DNA of 64,000 nucleotides from an uncultured Gammaproteobacteria bacterium (GTDB lineage: Bacteria > Patescibacteriota > Patescibacteriia > Patescibacteriales > GWC2-42-12): contig CAYSKV010000003.1 of assembly GCA_964431805.1 (NCBI GenBank), positions 53,256 through 117,255 of the forward strand. Direction: 5' to 3'. Below the pieces are notes generated by a model. That model was not told where the DNA came from. It saw only the letters and a list, made by a program, of their open reading frames with translations, and made no database searches. Shown one piece after another: positions 47,694 to 56,590 of the stretch (within the stretch, counting starts at the first letter, position 1; every line of letters begins with the position of its first letter). A program made the position numbers and the translations under genes.

Positions 47694-49101
47694 TAAAAAC
47701 ATTTTTAAAATTAGAATATTTTTATGGTTTATATTAGCCATAATTATTGTTTGGTTTGTTTATCTGAAAATAGCGCCAACCGGTACCATAAGTTATGTTT
47801 ATGATTTTAGCCGACCAAATTATTTTATAGGAAAATTAACGCCAGCCGAAAGAATTAAAACAAGCGAAGCAGAAGCAGAAATAAAAGGTGATCCGGTTTA
47901 TTTTTCGCTTAAGACGCCGCGTAGATTTGAGCGAGCTAAAGTAACCATAAAATTTAAAAACACTACTGATTTGCCAATTATGGAAATTGGTTTACTTAAT
48001 AATAAAAATGCCTGGAGTTCCGACCTTAAGCCTTTGCAGAATAAAATTATTGATCAACTAAATTTGGTCTGGTCGGTTGTTTTCGAAGAAAATGGAGTTA
48101 AATTAATTGAGCGCGAAAAAAAATATAATACAATCGAGCAATTTTTAAATAATTTACCAAATAAAGAAGAAATCGCTTTGTATAATTATAATTTTAAAAA
48201 TAATTTTTTGCTTAAAAGTTATAAGCCAAGCCAACAAGATAATATAATCAATTATAAAATTCGCGCCGCTTATCAATTTTATACTTATATAAAGCAAGAA
48301 GAGCTTAATTATATTTTTAATTTTGTTGATTTAAATCTTAATTCAGATGATGATCCGGTTGAAATTAAGATTTATTCAGGAGATAATGAAATTTATTCTA
48401 CTTATGTAACTGATGGCAAGGTGGATAATAATGAGCGACAAGCAATTGTAAAAATAGCTGATTTGCCGGAAGGAGTTTATCGTTTTAGCATTATTGCTAA
48501 TAACGATATCATAACTAAAAATATAATCAGCAAACAAAACCAGTTTGTTTTAATTAACAAAGTATGGCTAGCGGATGGTAATAAAAAAAATATTACCCTA
48601 TTTACAGATAGTCGATTAATTAACGCTCAAACTATAAATCCAGGGAGTCTCGGTAAAATAAAAGTCGGTGATACTTTTATAGATGTTAATGAAACTTATA
48701 AGCAGCTATCTATAAAAACCTTGAAACAACCGGCCAAAATTGAATTAAATAAAGATGATATAATTATTTCCGGCGATGGTGTTTTTAGTTTTGTTGAGGC
48801 TGGCTTGTTTGATCCAAAACTTAAAACTGTTGATGAAAATCTTAACATAAATGATGAAAAAATAAATTATGTTTTAACTAATTATCAAACTCCGATTGAT
48901 TTTGACGGTTGGCAAACGACCACTCAAGAATTTGACTTAACTAAAGCTTATCAAGAAAATAGCAAATATCAATTTTTAATTTCCATCCCTTCTCTTAAGG
49001 CGGAGGAGGCGCGCCAGGGCAAAGTTATGGTAAAAGAAATTAAAGTTGAACTTTTTGGAACTACTTTAAAGCAGAAGCTTAAAAAATATTTTAGTTTTTA
49101 A
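47656..49101 (+). CDS. hypothetical membrane-anchored protein
   Basis: N-terminal TM then a 440-aa polar domain. The N-terminal codons are derived from the inverted-repeat element. Confidence 0.4.
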   Translation: MNEKNNIISNGVNKNIFKIRIFLWFILAIIIVWFVYLKIAPTGTISYVYDFSRPNYFIGKLTPAERIKTSEAEAEIKGDPVYFSLKTPRRFERAKVTIKFKNTTDLPIMEIGLLNNKNAWSSDLKPLQNKIIDQLNLVWSVVFEENGVKLIEREKKYNTIEQFLNNLPNKEEIALYNYNFKNNFLLKSYKPSQQDNIINYKIRAAYQFYTYIKQEELNYIFNFVDLNLNSDDDPVEIKIYSGDNEIYSTYVTDGKVDNNERQAIVKIADLPEGVYRFSIIANNDIITKNIISKQNQFVLINKVWLADGNKKNITLFTDSRLINAQTINPGSLGKIKVGDTFIDVNETYKQLSIKTLKQPAKIELNKDDIIISGDGVFSFVEAGLFDPKLKTVDENLNINDEKINYVLTNYQTPIDFDGWQTTTQEFDLTKAYQENSKYQFLISIPSLKAEEARQGKVMVKEIKVELFGTTLKQKLKKYFSF

Positions 49102-49105
49102 AATT

Positions 49106-49312
49106 ATGTTGCAACATGATAATGAAGAAAAATTTAGCGATAGGATAAAAATAGCTAATATTTTTTTTCATGAATTATTTTATGTTTTGTCCGGCGCCAT
49201 ATTAATTTTTGCCTGCTTGGAAATATTTTGGCCGGGTATCGTTTTAGCTTATTTAAATTTAAATTATGTTTTGATATTTTGGTTAGTTATTGGTATAATA
49301 ATATTGTTTTAA
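49106..49312 (+). CDS. hypothetical small membrane protein
   Basis: 68 aa, two hydrophobic helices. Confidence 0.3.
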   Translation: MLQHDNEEKFSDRIKIANIFFHELFYVLSGAILIFACLEIFWPGIVLAYLNLNYVLIFWLVIGIIILF

Positions 49313-49333
49313 TTGTTAAGATTATAAATTATT

Positions 49334-49765
49334 ATGATTAATCGTCGGAAGAATAATTATTTTGAAAAAATATTTTTTAACCAAAAATTTTTAGCGCTTT
49401 TAGGTTTGATTATTATGATCTTAATAAGTTTTCCTTTTGTTAAAAATACGCTTAAACAATATAGAATAAATAAAGAAATAGGCGAGCTTAAGCAGGAAAT
49501 TTCCGATTTACAAAATAAAAATGTTGATTTAAAGAATTTTGTTTCTTATTTAGAGTCAGATCAGTTTGCCGAAGAGCAGGCCAGGCTTAATTTAGGCTTA
49601 AAAAAGCCAGGCGAGGAAGTAATGGTAATAAAAACCGATAATAATAAGGCATCAACCAGCACTTCTACGAGCTCCACCATGTTTAATATTCCTGGTTATG
49701 AAAAAGCCAAGCCAGAAGTTAAGCAATCTAATCCTGAAAAATGGTTTAATTATTTTTTAAAGTAA
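49334..49765 (+). CDS. FtsB/DivIC-like septum formation initiator family protein
   Basis: Single TM followed by a coiled-coil (EIGELKQEISDLQNKNVDLKN) and the EEQARLNLGL-like conserved region. Confidence 0.5.
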   Translation: MINRRKNNYFEKIFFNQKFLALLGLIIMILISFPFVKNTLKQYRINKEIGELKQEISDLQNKNVDLKNFVSYLESDQFAEEQARLNLGLKKPGEEVMVIKTDNNKASTSTSTSSTMFNIPGYEKAKPEVKQSNPEKWFNYFLK

Positions 49766-49793
49766 AAAAATAAAAATATATAATTACTATTTT

Positions 49794-51062
49794 ATGGAAA
49801 AAAATTTAGATGGCATAAAAAAATTAAATCCCGAAGAGATAAAAGAAAATCGCAAAATAGTTTTAAAATATATCGGAGAGAAAGATCCAGAGCCGGTTGA
49901 GGAAAGTAATATTGCGGCTAAAATTCCGTCAGCTTTTAGAAAAGTTGATGGAATAAAATCAAAGGTTAATACTATATTTAGTAAGCCAACGCCAGCAATA
50001 GAAAAACCAGCAAACTCCGCGAAAGAGGTCGAGATTAATCTAGAAAAAACCAAGCAGGAAAAATTTAAAAAAGAAGAGTTAATTAAAAAAGAAATTGCGC
50101 AAAAGGCTAAACTTGCATCCGCAGAAAAAATTAGAGTTGAAGAAGAAAAAAGATGGCGCGAGAAATTAAAATTAGAAGAAGAGGCTGAAGCTGGAGAAAG
50201 AATAATTAAAGAGAACCAGCGGCTGGGTAAAATAAAACGCGCAGAAGAAATAAAAAGATTAAGACAAGAAATCGAATTGGCTAAAATAAAAGCTGCTGAA
50301 AAAAGAAAAATAAATCGCCAAAAAGCTTTTAAGCTTTTTAAGAAAAATTTTAACAATAAATTAAATGAAATTTTGCTTGTTGTTAAGCGGAATATTGGCT
50401 ATGTGGTATTATATTTAGTGCTTTTTTTAACTATCAGTTACGCGGTTTTTTGTTTGTTAATTTTAAGATTTAATTTAGATAATAGTGCCGTTAGAAAAAT
50501 AGAGAAATTTTTTCCAGTGCCGGCGGCGATTACTAATCAAGGTTTAATAAATTATTATGATTTTCAAGAAATAAAAAATAGTAACTATGAAAATTTTAAT
50601 TCTAGCGACAAAAAAATCGCTTTAACTAAATGGGTGATTTTTAAACAATTAAGTAAAAAATATGATCTTTCGTTTGATCCTTCTGGCGATAATTTAATTA
50701 CGGCGTTTGTAGCTGATACAGATTTTAATCAAGTTGGATTATCCAGAATAAAAAAGATTAGTGAGCTTTTAAAAAATACTGATGGTATAGAGAAATTAAG
50801 TAAATATGCCGATCAATATAGCAAAGTGACTTATTATGACAATGAAAGCGCTAGGGAAAAATTTGGCAAGACGGTTTTAAATTTAGACATAAATCAAATA
50901 AGTAATATAATTTTTAGCGCCGACGGTTATTATATAGTTCAGATAGTTGATAAAAGCGATAATCGATTAGGCGTGAAATATCTTTTTATTGGGGCTAAAA
51001 CATTAGATCAATATATTAATGAAATATTATCTAATATAAAAATATTTATTTTAGCTAATTAA
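49794..51062 (+). CDS. membrane-anchored coiled-coil protein with C-terminal parvulin/PrsA-like domain (tentative)
   Basis: K/E-rich coiled-coil N-terminal half, one TM, and a C-terminal region ending in a DGYYIVQIVDK parvulin-like strand. Confidence 0.35.
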   Translation: MEKNLDGIKKLNPEEIKENRKIVLKYIGEKDPEPVEESNIAAKIPSAFRKVDGIKSKVNTIFSKPTPAIEKPANSAKEVEINLEKTKQEKFKKEELIKKEIAQKAKLASAEKIRVEEEKRWREKLKLEEEAEAGERIIKENQRLGKIKRAEEIKRLRQEIELAKIKAAEKRKINRQKAFKLFKKNFNNKLNEILLVVKRNIGYVVLYLVLFLTISYAVFCLLILRFNLDNSAVRKIEKFFPVPAAITNQGLINYYDFQEIKNSNYENFNSSDKKIALTKWVIFKQLSKKYDLSFDPSGDNLITAFVADTDFNQVGLSRIKKISELLKNTDGIEKLSKYADQYSKVTYYDNESAREKFGKTVLNLDINQISNIIFSADGYYIVQIVDKSDNRLGVKYLFIGAKTLDQYINEILSNIKIFILAN

Positions 51063-51079
51063 GATTGTGTAATTAAATA

Positions 51080-51111
51080 AAAAACAGCTGTTATAATCAA
51101 CAGCTGTTTTT
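51080..51111. terminator. bidirectional terminator palindrome (aaaaacagctgtt-ataatc-aacagctgttttt)
   Basis: Perfect 13-bp arms flanked by A and T runs. Confidence 0.55.
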
Positions 51112-51137
51112 CGTGAGCCGAGACTGGGAATCGAAGC
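51111..51137 (-). pseudogene. 27-nt tRNA-Thr 3'-end fragment (direct repeat of the intact gene's 3' end plus 5 flanking nt)
   Basis: tcgtgagccgagactgggaatcgaagc matches tcgtgagccgagaccgggaatcgaacc at 51186-51212 in 25 of 27 positions. T-stem pairing is destroyed in the fragment. Confidence 0.5.
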
Positions 51138-51190
51138 GCCTCGGTGCTAAACGGGCGAAAAAGAAAACGGGGCAACCTGCGGTTTTCGTG

Positions 51191-51263
51191 AGCCGAGACC
51201 GGGAATCGAACCCGGAACCTATAGTTTACGATACTATTGCTCTACCAATTGAGCTATCTCGGC
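51191..51263 (-). tRNA. tRNA-Thr (anticodon CGU)
   Basis: Minus-strand cloverleaf: acceptor GCCGAGA/TCTCGGC, D-arm GCTC-AATTGGTA-GAGC, anticodon stem ATAGT/ACTAT with loop ATCGTAA, T-arm CCGGG-TTCGATT-CCCGG. Confidence 0.8.
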
Positions 51264-51268
51264 AAGTT

Positions 51269-51601
51269 TTAAACTATATCATATCTTGGCATAATATCAA
51301 TAGCTGGTTCTTCATAGGGATGAGCTTTCTTTATTTCTGCGATAACTTTTTCCACTAAGTTTTTATGACAAAGCGTTTCTATTAATTCTTCTTCGACTTC
51401 TTCAAGTTTACCAAGTTTACCGATAGCTGGGTGTGCGCCAGCCATTGGTTTGAAGCGGCCAGTTTGTTTTATAGAATTACTGGCGAATTCATAATTTCCC
51501 TGGATGCCGGCGCCAGTTAAACCCATAACCTGCCGTATTTTATCGGCGGCTTCAAGCGGAACGCTCACGCGAATTTTTACATAATCAGATTCTTTTAGCA
51601 T
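51269..51601 (-). CDS. small conserved protein, possibly Nif3/YqfO insert-domain-like
   Basis: 110 aa. HPYEEPA motif near the C-terminus, reminiscent of Nif3-family proteins. Tentative. Confidence 0.3.
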   Translation of the reverse strand: MLKESDYVKIRVSVPLEAADKIRQVMGLTGAGIQGNYEFASNSIKQTGRFKPMAGAHPAIGKLGKLEEVEEELIETLCHKNLVEKVIAEIKKAHPYEEPAIDIMPRYDIV

Positions 51602-51663
51602 AGAGCGGGTTAGTAAATGACGTTTAAATTGAGTTTATTGGCAAATTTAATTTATAGAAAAAT

Positions 51664-53019
51664 TTATAAGTACGGATCGCCCATCTTCATGTATTTCCCT
51701 ATTTTTTTCCCATCCTTCGTTATTAAAGTTAAAACATTATTTTCAACGGACCATCGCCAAGTTTCTTTTATTGTCCCAGATATTTCTATGGTATTATCTT
51801 TTATTTCATATGTTCCATTAATAAAATTCTTACGCATTAATGAATACACATCCTGTGAATCAGTAAAATATACTACATTCTCAATACCTGAATCACCCAA
51901 ATGAACCCATCTACCAATAATGCCATTATGAGAACCGCCGCCAGAAAGCAATTCTTGTGCTACTTTTTTATTGGGATATGCAATAGTTAGTAAGCTTCCA
52001 TTTATACCAAACCCATATGTAGAATTAGGTGTTTTTGTTGAATCAGAAAACATATAGGTTAAGCTGTGATCTTCAACTTTATACTTAAAATTATCAAAAA
52101 CACCGTATTCAAAAAGTGCTTTATTGTCAGAAGAAAATATTATCCCAACTCCTAAGTTGTTATTGCCTATATTTAAAGGGAACCATTCTCCTTCTATTAA
52201 ATTTTTCTCTTTTTGTGTAGGTAAATTATTTAAATTATTTTCTTGTTGAGAAAAAATATCAGGAGTCAGTTGCATTACTATTTTGACTCCTGCTCTTTGA
52301 TTCATAATATAACCTACGCTAATTAAAATCAGTCCTATAAAAAACAGTACCCCCGCAATTATAATTGATAGTCTAGGTCTTTTTTGTTGCTGATTTATGT
52401 TGTAATTATTTTGTTGAATAAATTTTCTTTTCTTTATAAACCATACAATTCCACCAATAAATAATCCTGACACAAATCCTAATGGACCAGTTATAAAAAT
52501 ACCAAGTAGTGGACCCTGATTAGCATCTGGGGCAAAAAATATCGGACCAAAAAAACCCAAAATAAAACCTATAGAACCCGTGGCTATTCCGCCTATTAAA
52601 ATATAATTTAATAATTCTTTTGTGGCATTTTCTGTCATCCACCATAAGAAAAAACAGGTGCTGAATGAAATTAAAAACGAAATCAAGACATTAAGAAATT
52701 TAATTTCATTAATTCCTGGTACTAACGGCAACAACGCTAAATTAATTGCATAATAACTAATAATAAATAACGGGATCATAAATATTCGAACTATTGCCAA
52801 TGTACTTTTTTCTTGAGGATTTTCTTCCTGAATACTTTTTTCTGGAATACTTCCTAATTTTTTCCACACAAAAAATCCTATGCATAATGCAGCTATAAGT
52901 GAAAGTATTTGTGCAATTATTCTAGGAACAGCTATAAGTGAAAATGGTAACCAATAAATAAAGTAATTACTAGCAATAAATGCCAAGAAAGTTAAAATTA
53001 TTCTAAAAAATGTTTTCAT
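51664..53019 (-). CDS. hypothetical membrane protein with extracytoplasmic C-terminal domain
   Basis: Start set at the internal ATG (MKTFFRIIL...) so the gene does not overlap tRNA-Gly. Multiple N-terminal TM helices. Confidence 0.4.
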   Translation of the reverse strand: MKTFFRIILTFLAFIASNYFIYWLPFSLIAVPRIIAQILSLIAALCIGFFVWKKLGSIPEKSIQEENPQEKSTLAIVRIFMIPLFIISYYAINLALLPLVPGINEIKFLNVLISFLISFSTCFFLWWMTENATKELLNYILIGGIATGSIGFILGFFGPIFFAPDANQGPLLGIFITGPLGFVSGLFIGGIVWFIKKRKFIQQNNYNINQQQKRPRLSIIIAGVLFFIGLILISVGYIMNQRAGVKIVMQLTPDIFSQQENNLNNLPTQKEKNLIEGEWFPLNIGNNNLGVGIIFSSDNKALFEYGVFDNFKYKVEDHSLTYMFSDSTKTPNSTYGFGINGSLLTIAYPNKKVAQELLSGGGSHNGIIGRWVHLGDSGIENVVYFTDSQDVYSLMRKNFINGTYEIKDNTIEISGTIKETWRWSVENNVLTLITKDGKKIGKYMKMGDPYL

Positions 53020-53089
53020 ATTTTTATTAATTATATATTTATCATACCATAAACAAAAATACGGCTCAACAAAGCCGTAAATATTCTTG

Positions 53090-53160
53090 AGCGGGTAACG
53101 GGAATCGGACCCGTGCCTCAACCTTGGGAAGGTCGCGTACTACCATTATACTATACCCGC
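53090..53160 (-). tRNA. tRNA-Gly (anticodon CCC)
   Basis: Minus-strand cloverleaf: acceptor GCGGGTA/TACCCGC, anticodon stem CGACC/GGTTG with loop TTCCCAA, T-arm ACGGG-TCCGATT-CCCGT. Confidence 0.8.
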
Positions 53161-53219
53161 TTAGTATTTTCATCTTAAATTTTTAATATTTGTTTATTTT
53201 ATGTTATAATTATATTTGT

Positions 53220-54830
53220 ATGGTTAGGCAAAGTCAAATTTGTAGTAAAATTGTAATATTTTTTCTAATATTAACGCTGGCGCAAACGGCCGGTGGTTTT
53301 GTTTATGCGCAAGTAGATAATGAATCCCCGCAAAATAATTCTTACTTTATAAATTTAGATAAAAAAGCGATTACCCAAGGCTATACGGTTAGCGCTTTTA
53401 ACGACGCCGTAAAAGTTTCTTTAACCCCAGGAATATTAAGTGATTCTACTGGTGTAGAAATAATTGAATTGAATGAAGCAACAGATGATCCATGGCAGTT
53501 AGAAAGATTAAGCAAGGTTTATCAATTTGAGTTTAAAAATAAGTCAGCTTATGATAATAAAAAATCTTTTAATGTTCAGCTTTCCTATAATAAATCCTCG
53601 AATTATTATAAGCAAGTTTTTTATTATGACAAAAATTATTCTTCTTGGCGCCCCTTACCCACAGTTGATTATCCTGAAAAATCATTTGTACGCTCCTTAA
53701 TCCATTTACCGTTCGCCCGTATTGCCGTTTTTGCTAATCCAGAAGCTTTAGCAGTTGGTCAGGCTAGTTGGTATTCATATAAAGGCGGCCTGTTTGCCGC
53801 TTCACCTGATTTTCCCAAAGGTTCAAAATTACGAGTTTATAATACAGCCAACAATAAATTCGTTGATGTGATCATAAATGATTTTGGTCCTAACAGAAAA
53901 CTCCACCCAAATAGAGTTGTTGATTTAGATAAGGCAGCTTTTAAAAAAATTGCTTCTACGGGCGCGGGCTTGATTAATGTAAGAATACAGCCAATTGATA
54001 TTGTTAAAGAAAATAATAAAATTTTAGATATAGCCGAGTCTGGCGCTAAATCAGAATTTTTAACTAATGCAAAATCGGCTATAGCCATGGATGAACAAAC
54101 AGGGGAAATACTATGGCAAAAAAATGCTACCAGCACTTTACCTTTAGCTAGTTTAACTAAATTAGTAGCTATCAAAGTTTTTCTTGATACTAAACCGACT
54201 TTAAATAAAGAAGTGGCTTATAGCGTTAAAGACGAAGAATATAACTATAAATATGTTAATAAATGGGAATCAGCTAGATTAAAATTGCAAGATGGCGATA
54301 CTCTAACTATCGAAGATTTGCTTTATGCTGCTTTAGTCGGTTCGGCCAATAACGCTATAGAAACTTTAGTGCGCGTTAGCGGGCTTAAACGAGACGAGTT
54401 TATTTTAAAAATGAATCAAGAAGTAATAAATTGGGGAGCTACCGCCACCAAATTTATAGAGCCAACCGGTTTATCTCCGGAAAATGTGAGTTCAGCGCTT
54501 GATTATGCTATAATAACTAAAGAAGTTTATACGCATCCGATTATTCAAAAAGCCAGTACGATGTATAAGTATAAATTTACCACGATAAATACTAAAAAAG
54601 CTCACACCATAACTAATACTGATAAACTTTTACAAACCAGCAATTTAAATATTACTGGTTCTAAAACTGGTTATCTTGATGAGGCTCAGTACTGTTTAAT
54701 GGCGAGAGCTAAAAATGATTTAGGTAGGCAGGTAATAGCTGTAACCATGGGTATCTCAAGTAGGGAAAACAGTTTTAGCGAAACCGAACAATTATTAAAA
54801 TATGCTTTAAAGACCATGCAATATGATTAA
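53220..54830 (+). CDS. fusion protein: RlpA-like double-psi beta-barrel domain + D-alanyl-D-alanine carboxypeptidase (S11, PBP5-like)
   Basis: N-terminal signal/TM. RlpA-like SWYSYKGG...RVYN...VDVIINDFGP. C-terminal SxxK (ASLTK), SxN (GSANN) and KTG (GSKTGY) motifs of serine DD-peptidases. Confidence 0.7.
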   Translation: MVRQSQICSKIVIFFLILTLAQTAGGFVYAQVDNESPQNNSYFINLDKKAITQGYTVSAFNDAVKVSLTPGILSDSTGVEIIELNEATDDPWQLERLSKVYQFEFKNKSAYDNKKSFNVQLSYNKSSNYYKQVFYYDKNYSSWRPLPTVDYPEKSFVRSLIHLPFARIAVFANPEALAVGQASWYSYKGGLFAASPDFPKGSKLRVYNTANNKFVDVIINDFGPNRKLHPNRVVDLDKAAFKKIASTGAGLINVRIQPIDIVKENNKILDIAESGAKSEFLTNAKSAIAMDEQTGEILWQKNATSTLPLASLTKLVAIKVFLDTKPTLNKEVAYSVKDEEYNYKYVNKWESARLKLQDGDTLTIEDLLYAALVGSANNAIETLVRVSGLKRDEFILKMNQEVINWGATATKFIEPTGLSPENVSSALDYAIITKEVYTHPIIQKASTMYKYKFTTINTKKAHTITNTDKLLQTSNLNITGSKTGYLDEAQYCLMARAKNDLGRQVIAVTMGISSRENSFSETEQLLKYALKTMQYD

Positions 54831-55503
54831 TTTATCAAATATTACAAAGATTTATCCGCCAGACATAACAGCTCTGCATAAAGTTAATTTGCATATTAAG
54901 CCGGGTGAATTTGTTTCTATAGTCGGGCAGTCAGGAACTGGTAAAACCACGCTAGTTAAACTTTTAATTAGCGAAGAGAAGGCCGATAAAGGGAAAATTG
55001 TTATTGGCGGTTGGGATATTACTGATATTGGTCAGTCAGAAATTCCTGTGCTAAGGCGCCAAATCGGAGTAGTTTTTCAGGACTTTAAATTATTGCAGAG
55101 AAAGACATTATTTGAAAATGTTGCTTTTGCTTTACAGGTTTGCGGCGAGCCGCAAAGAAAAATAAATAATATTGTGCCACAGGTTTTAAAGATTGTTGGG
55201 CTAGAAAATAAAATGCATCGTTATCCTCAGCAGATTTCTGGTGGCGAGCAGCAACGCGCAGTAATCGCCCGCGCTTTAGTGCATCGGCCGAAAATTCTTT
55301 TAGCTGATGAACCAACTGGTAATTTAGATTCAATTAACGCTGATGAAATTATTGAAATTCTTCAAAAAATCAATAAGTTCGGCACTACGGTTGTTTTAGT
55401 AACTCATAATCGAGAAGTGGTAAATAAATTGAAAAAAAGAGTAATTACCATAGATAACGGATTAATTGTCGGCGATCAGGCGGTTGGAAAATATGTTTTA
55501 TAA
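54823..55503 (+). CDS. ftsE: cell division ATP-binding protein FtsE
   Basis: Walker A GQSGTGKTT, ABC signature LSGGEQQR, Walker B LLADEPTGNLD. Followed by ftsX. Confidence 0.9.
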   Translation: MINLSNITKIYPPDITALHKVNLHIKPGEFVSIVGQSGTGKTTLVKLLISEEKADKGKIVIGGWDITDIGQSEIPVLRRQIGVVFQDFKLLQRKTLFENVAFALQVCGEPQRKINNIVPQVLKIVGLENKMHRYPQQISGGEQQRAVIARALVHRPKILLADEPTGNLDSINADEIIEILQKINKFGTTVVLVTHNREVVNKLKKRVITIDNGLIVGDQAVGKYVL

Positions 55504-55615
55504 AACTTTTAAAAACTTTTTAAGAAAAAGTTTTTAATATTTTCAAAAATATAAGGTATCAAGTAAAAATTTTACAGCGGGCAAAGCCCTGCGGCCGTAA
55601 AATTTTTACTTGATA
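55502..55615 (+). promoter_or_regulatory. intergenic repeat module copy 4 (palindrome, TATAAG box, 5' hairpin with GGGC-aaa-GCCC cap)
   Basis: aaaaactttttaagaaaaagttttt palindrome, then tatcaagtaaaaatttta-cagcgggcaaagccctgcggcc-gtaaaatttttacttgata. Confidence 0.55.
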
Positions 55616-55633
55616 ATTAATGAATTTATTTTT

Positions 55634-56548
55634 ATGTTTTTATTATCGTTTTTTAGAGTTATAAAATTTAGCTTTCAGGATATAATTCGTAATATTTGGT
55701 TGTCCGCAGTTACAATAATGATTTTAGTTTTGGCTTTATTTTCAATTAACTTATTGTTAGTGGTAAAAGTAATTAGTTCATCGACGGTTAACGCGGTTAA
55801 AGAAAAAATTGATATAACTTTATATTTAAAATCAGATGCGGAAGAAAATCGTATTTTAGCTTTAAAAAGTCAGGTCGAAAATCTTGGTTCGGTTAAACAG
55901 GTTGATTATGTTAATAAACAGGTAGCCTTAGAAGATTTTAGAGAAAAACATAAAAATAAGCCGGAAATATTACAAGCTTTATTGGAGTTAGGTAAAAATC
56001 CATTATCTCCGAGTTTGATAATAAAACCTAAAGATATAAATAATTATGAAGAATTGGTTGCTAATTTAAATAAAATTAATGACGATATTATTGAGTCAAA
56101 AGATTTTGATGATTATAAGGCTCAATTAGCAAAAATTAATAGTATCGCTCAAAAAGCTAATCAAGTTGGTTTATTTGTCAGTTTATTATTTGTTTTAATA
56201 ACGATGTTGGTGGTTTATAATGCAGTGCGCGTTGCTATTTCAACGCATAAGCGGGAAATTGGTATTATGAGATTAGTTGGGGCTTCAGCTTGGTTTATTC
56301 GCGCTCCTTATTTAATTTCCAGTATGATTTATTCATTTTTTGGGGTTATAATAGTAATAATTATTATTTATCCTTTGTTAAATTTATTTCAACCATATTT
56401 AACAACATTTTTTTCCGGTTTTGAAGTTAGTTTATTGAATTATTATAATAGTAATTTTGTATTGATTTTTGGTTTAGAATTTTTAGTTGCTAGCTTAATT
56501 AATGCGCTGGCTAGCTTGGTGGCAATAAGTAAATATTCAAAAGTATAA
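55634..56548 (+). CDS. ftsX: cell division permease FtsX
   Basis: Four-TM topology with a large periplasmic loop. Follows ftsE. The ATG at 55634 is chosen because the track start lies inside the repeat module. Confidence 0.8.
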   Translation: MFLLSFFRVIKFSFQDIIRNIWLSAVTIMILVLALFSINLLLVVKVISSSTVNAVKEKIDITLYLKSDAEENRILALKSQVENLGSVKQVDYVNKQVALEDFREKHKNKPEILQALLELGKNPLSPSLIIKPKDINNYEELVANLNKINDDIIESKDFDDYKAQLAKINSIAQKANQVGLFVSLLFVLITMLVVYNAVRVAISTHKREIGIMRLVGASAWFIRAPYLISSMIYSFFGVIIVIIIIYPLLNLFQPYLTTFFSGFEVSLLNYYNSNFVLIFGLEFLVASLINALASLVAISKYSKV

Positions 56549-56555
56549 AATAAAA

Positions 56556-56590
56556 AACAGCCCGTGAAATTAAGTGGGCTGTTTTTTATT
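56556..56590. terminator. bidirectional rho-independent terminator (acagccc-...-gggctgt, A-run upstream, T-run downstream)
   Basis: Lies between the convergent ftsX (+) and metallophosphoesterase (-) genes. Confidence 0.6.

Noticed and set aside
49787-50356. 189-aa minus-strand ORF antisense to the K/E-rich coiled-coil gene
   Set aside because: Mirror-image low-complexity (S/F-rich) translation of the GAA/AAA-rich sense strand. The sense gene has coherent domain architecture.
51113-51358. 81-aa plus-strand ORF
   Set aside because: It overlaps tRNA-Thr and the tRNA fragment and is explained by the tRNA sequence itself. Similarly, 14472-14759 (minus) overlaps tRNA-Ala.
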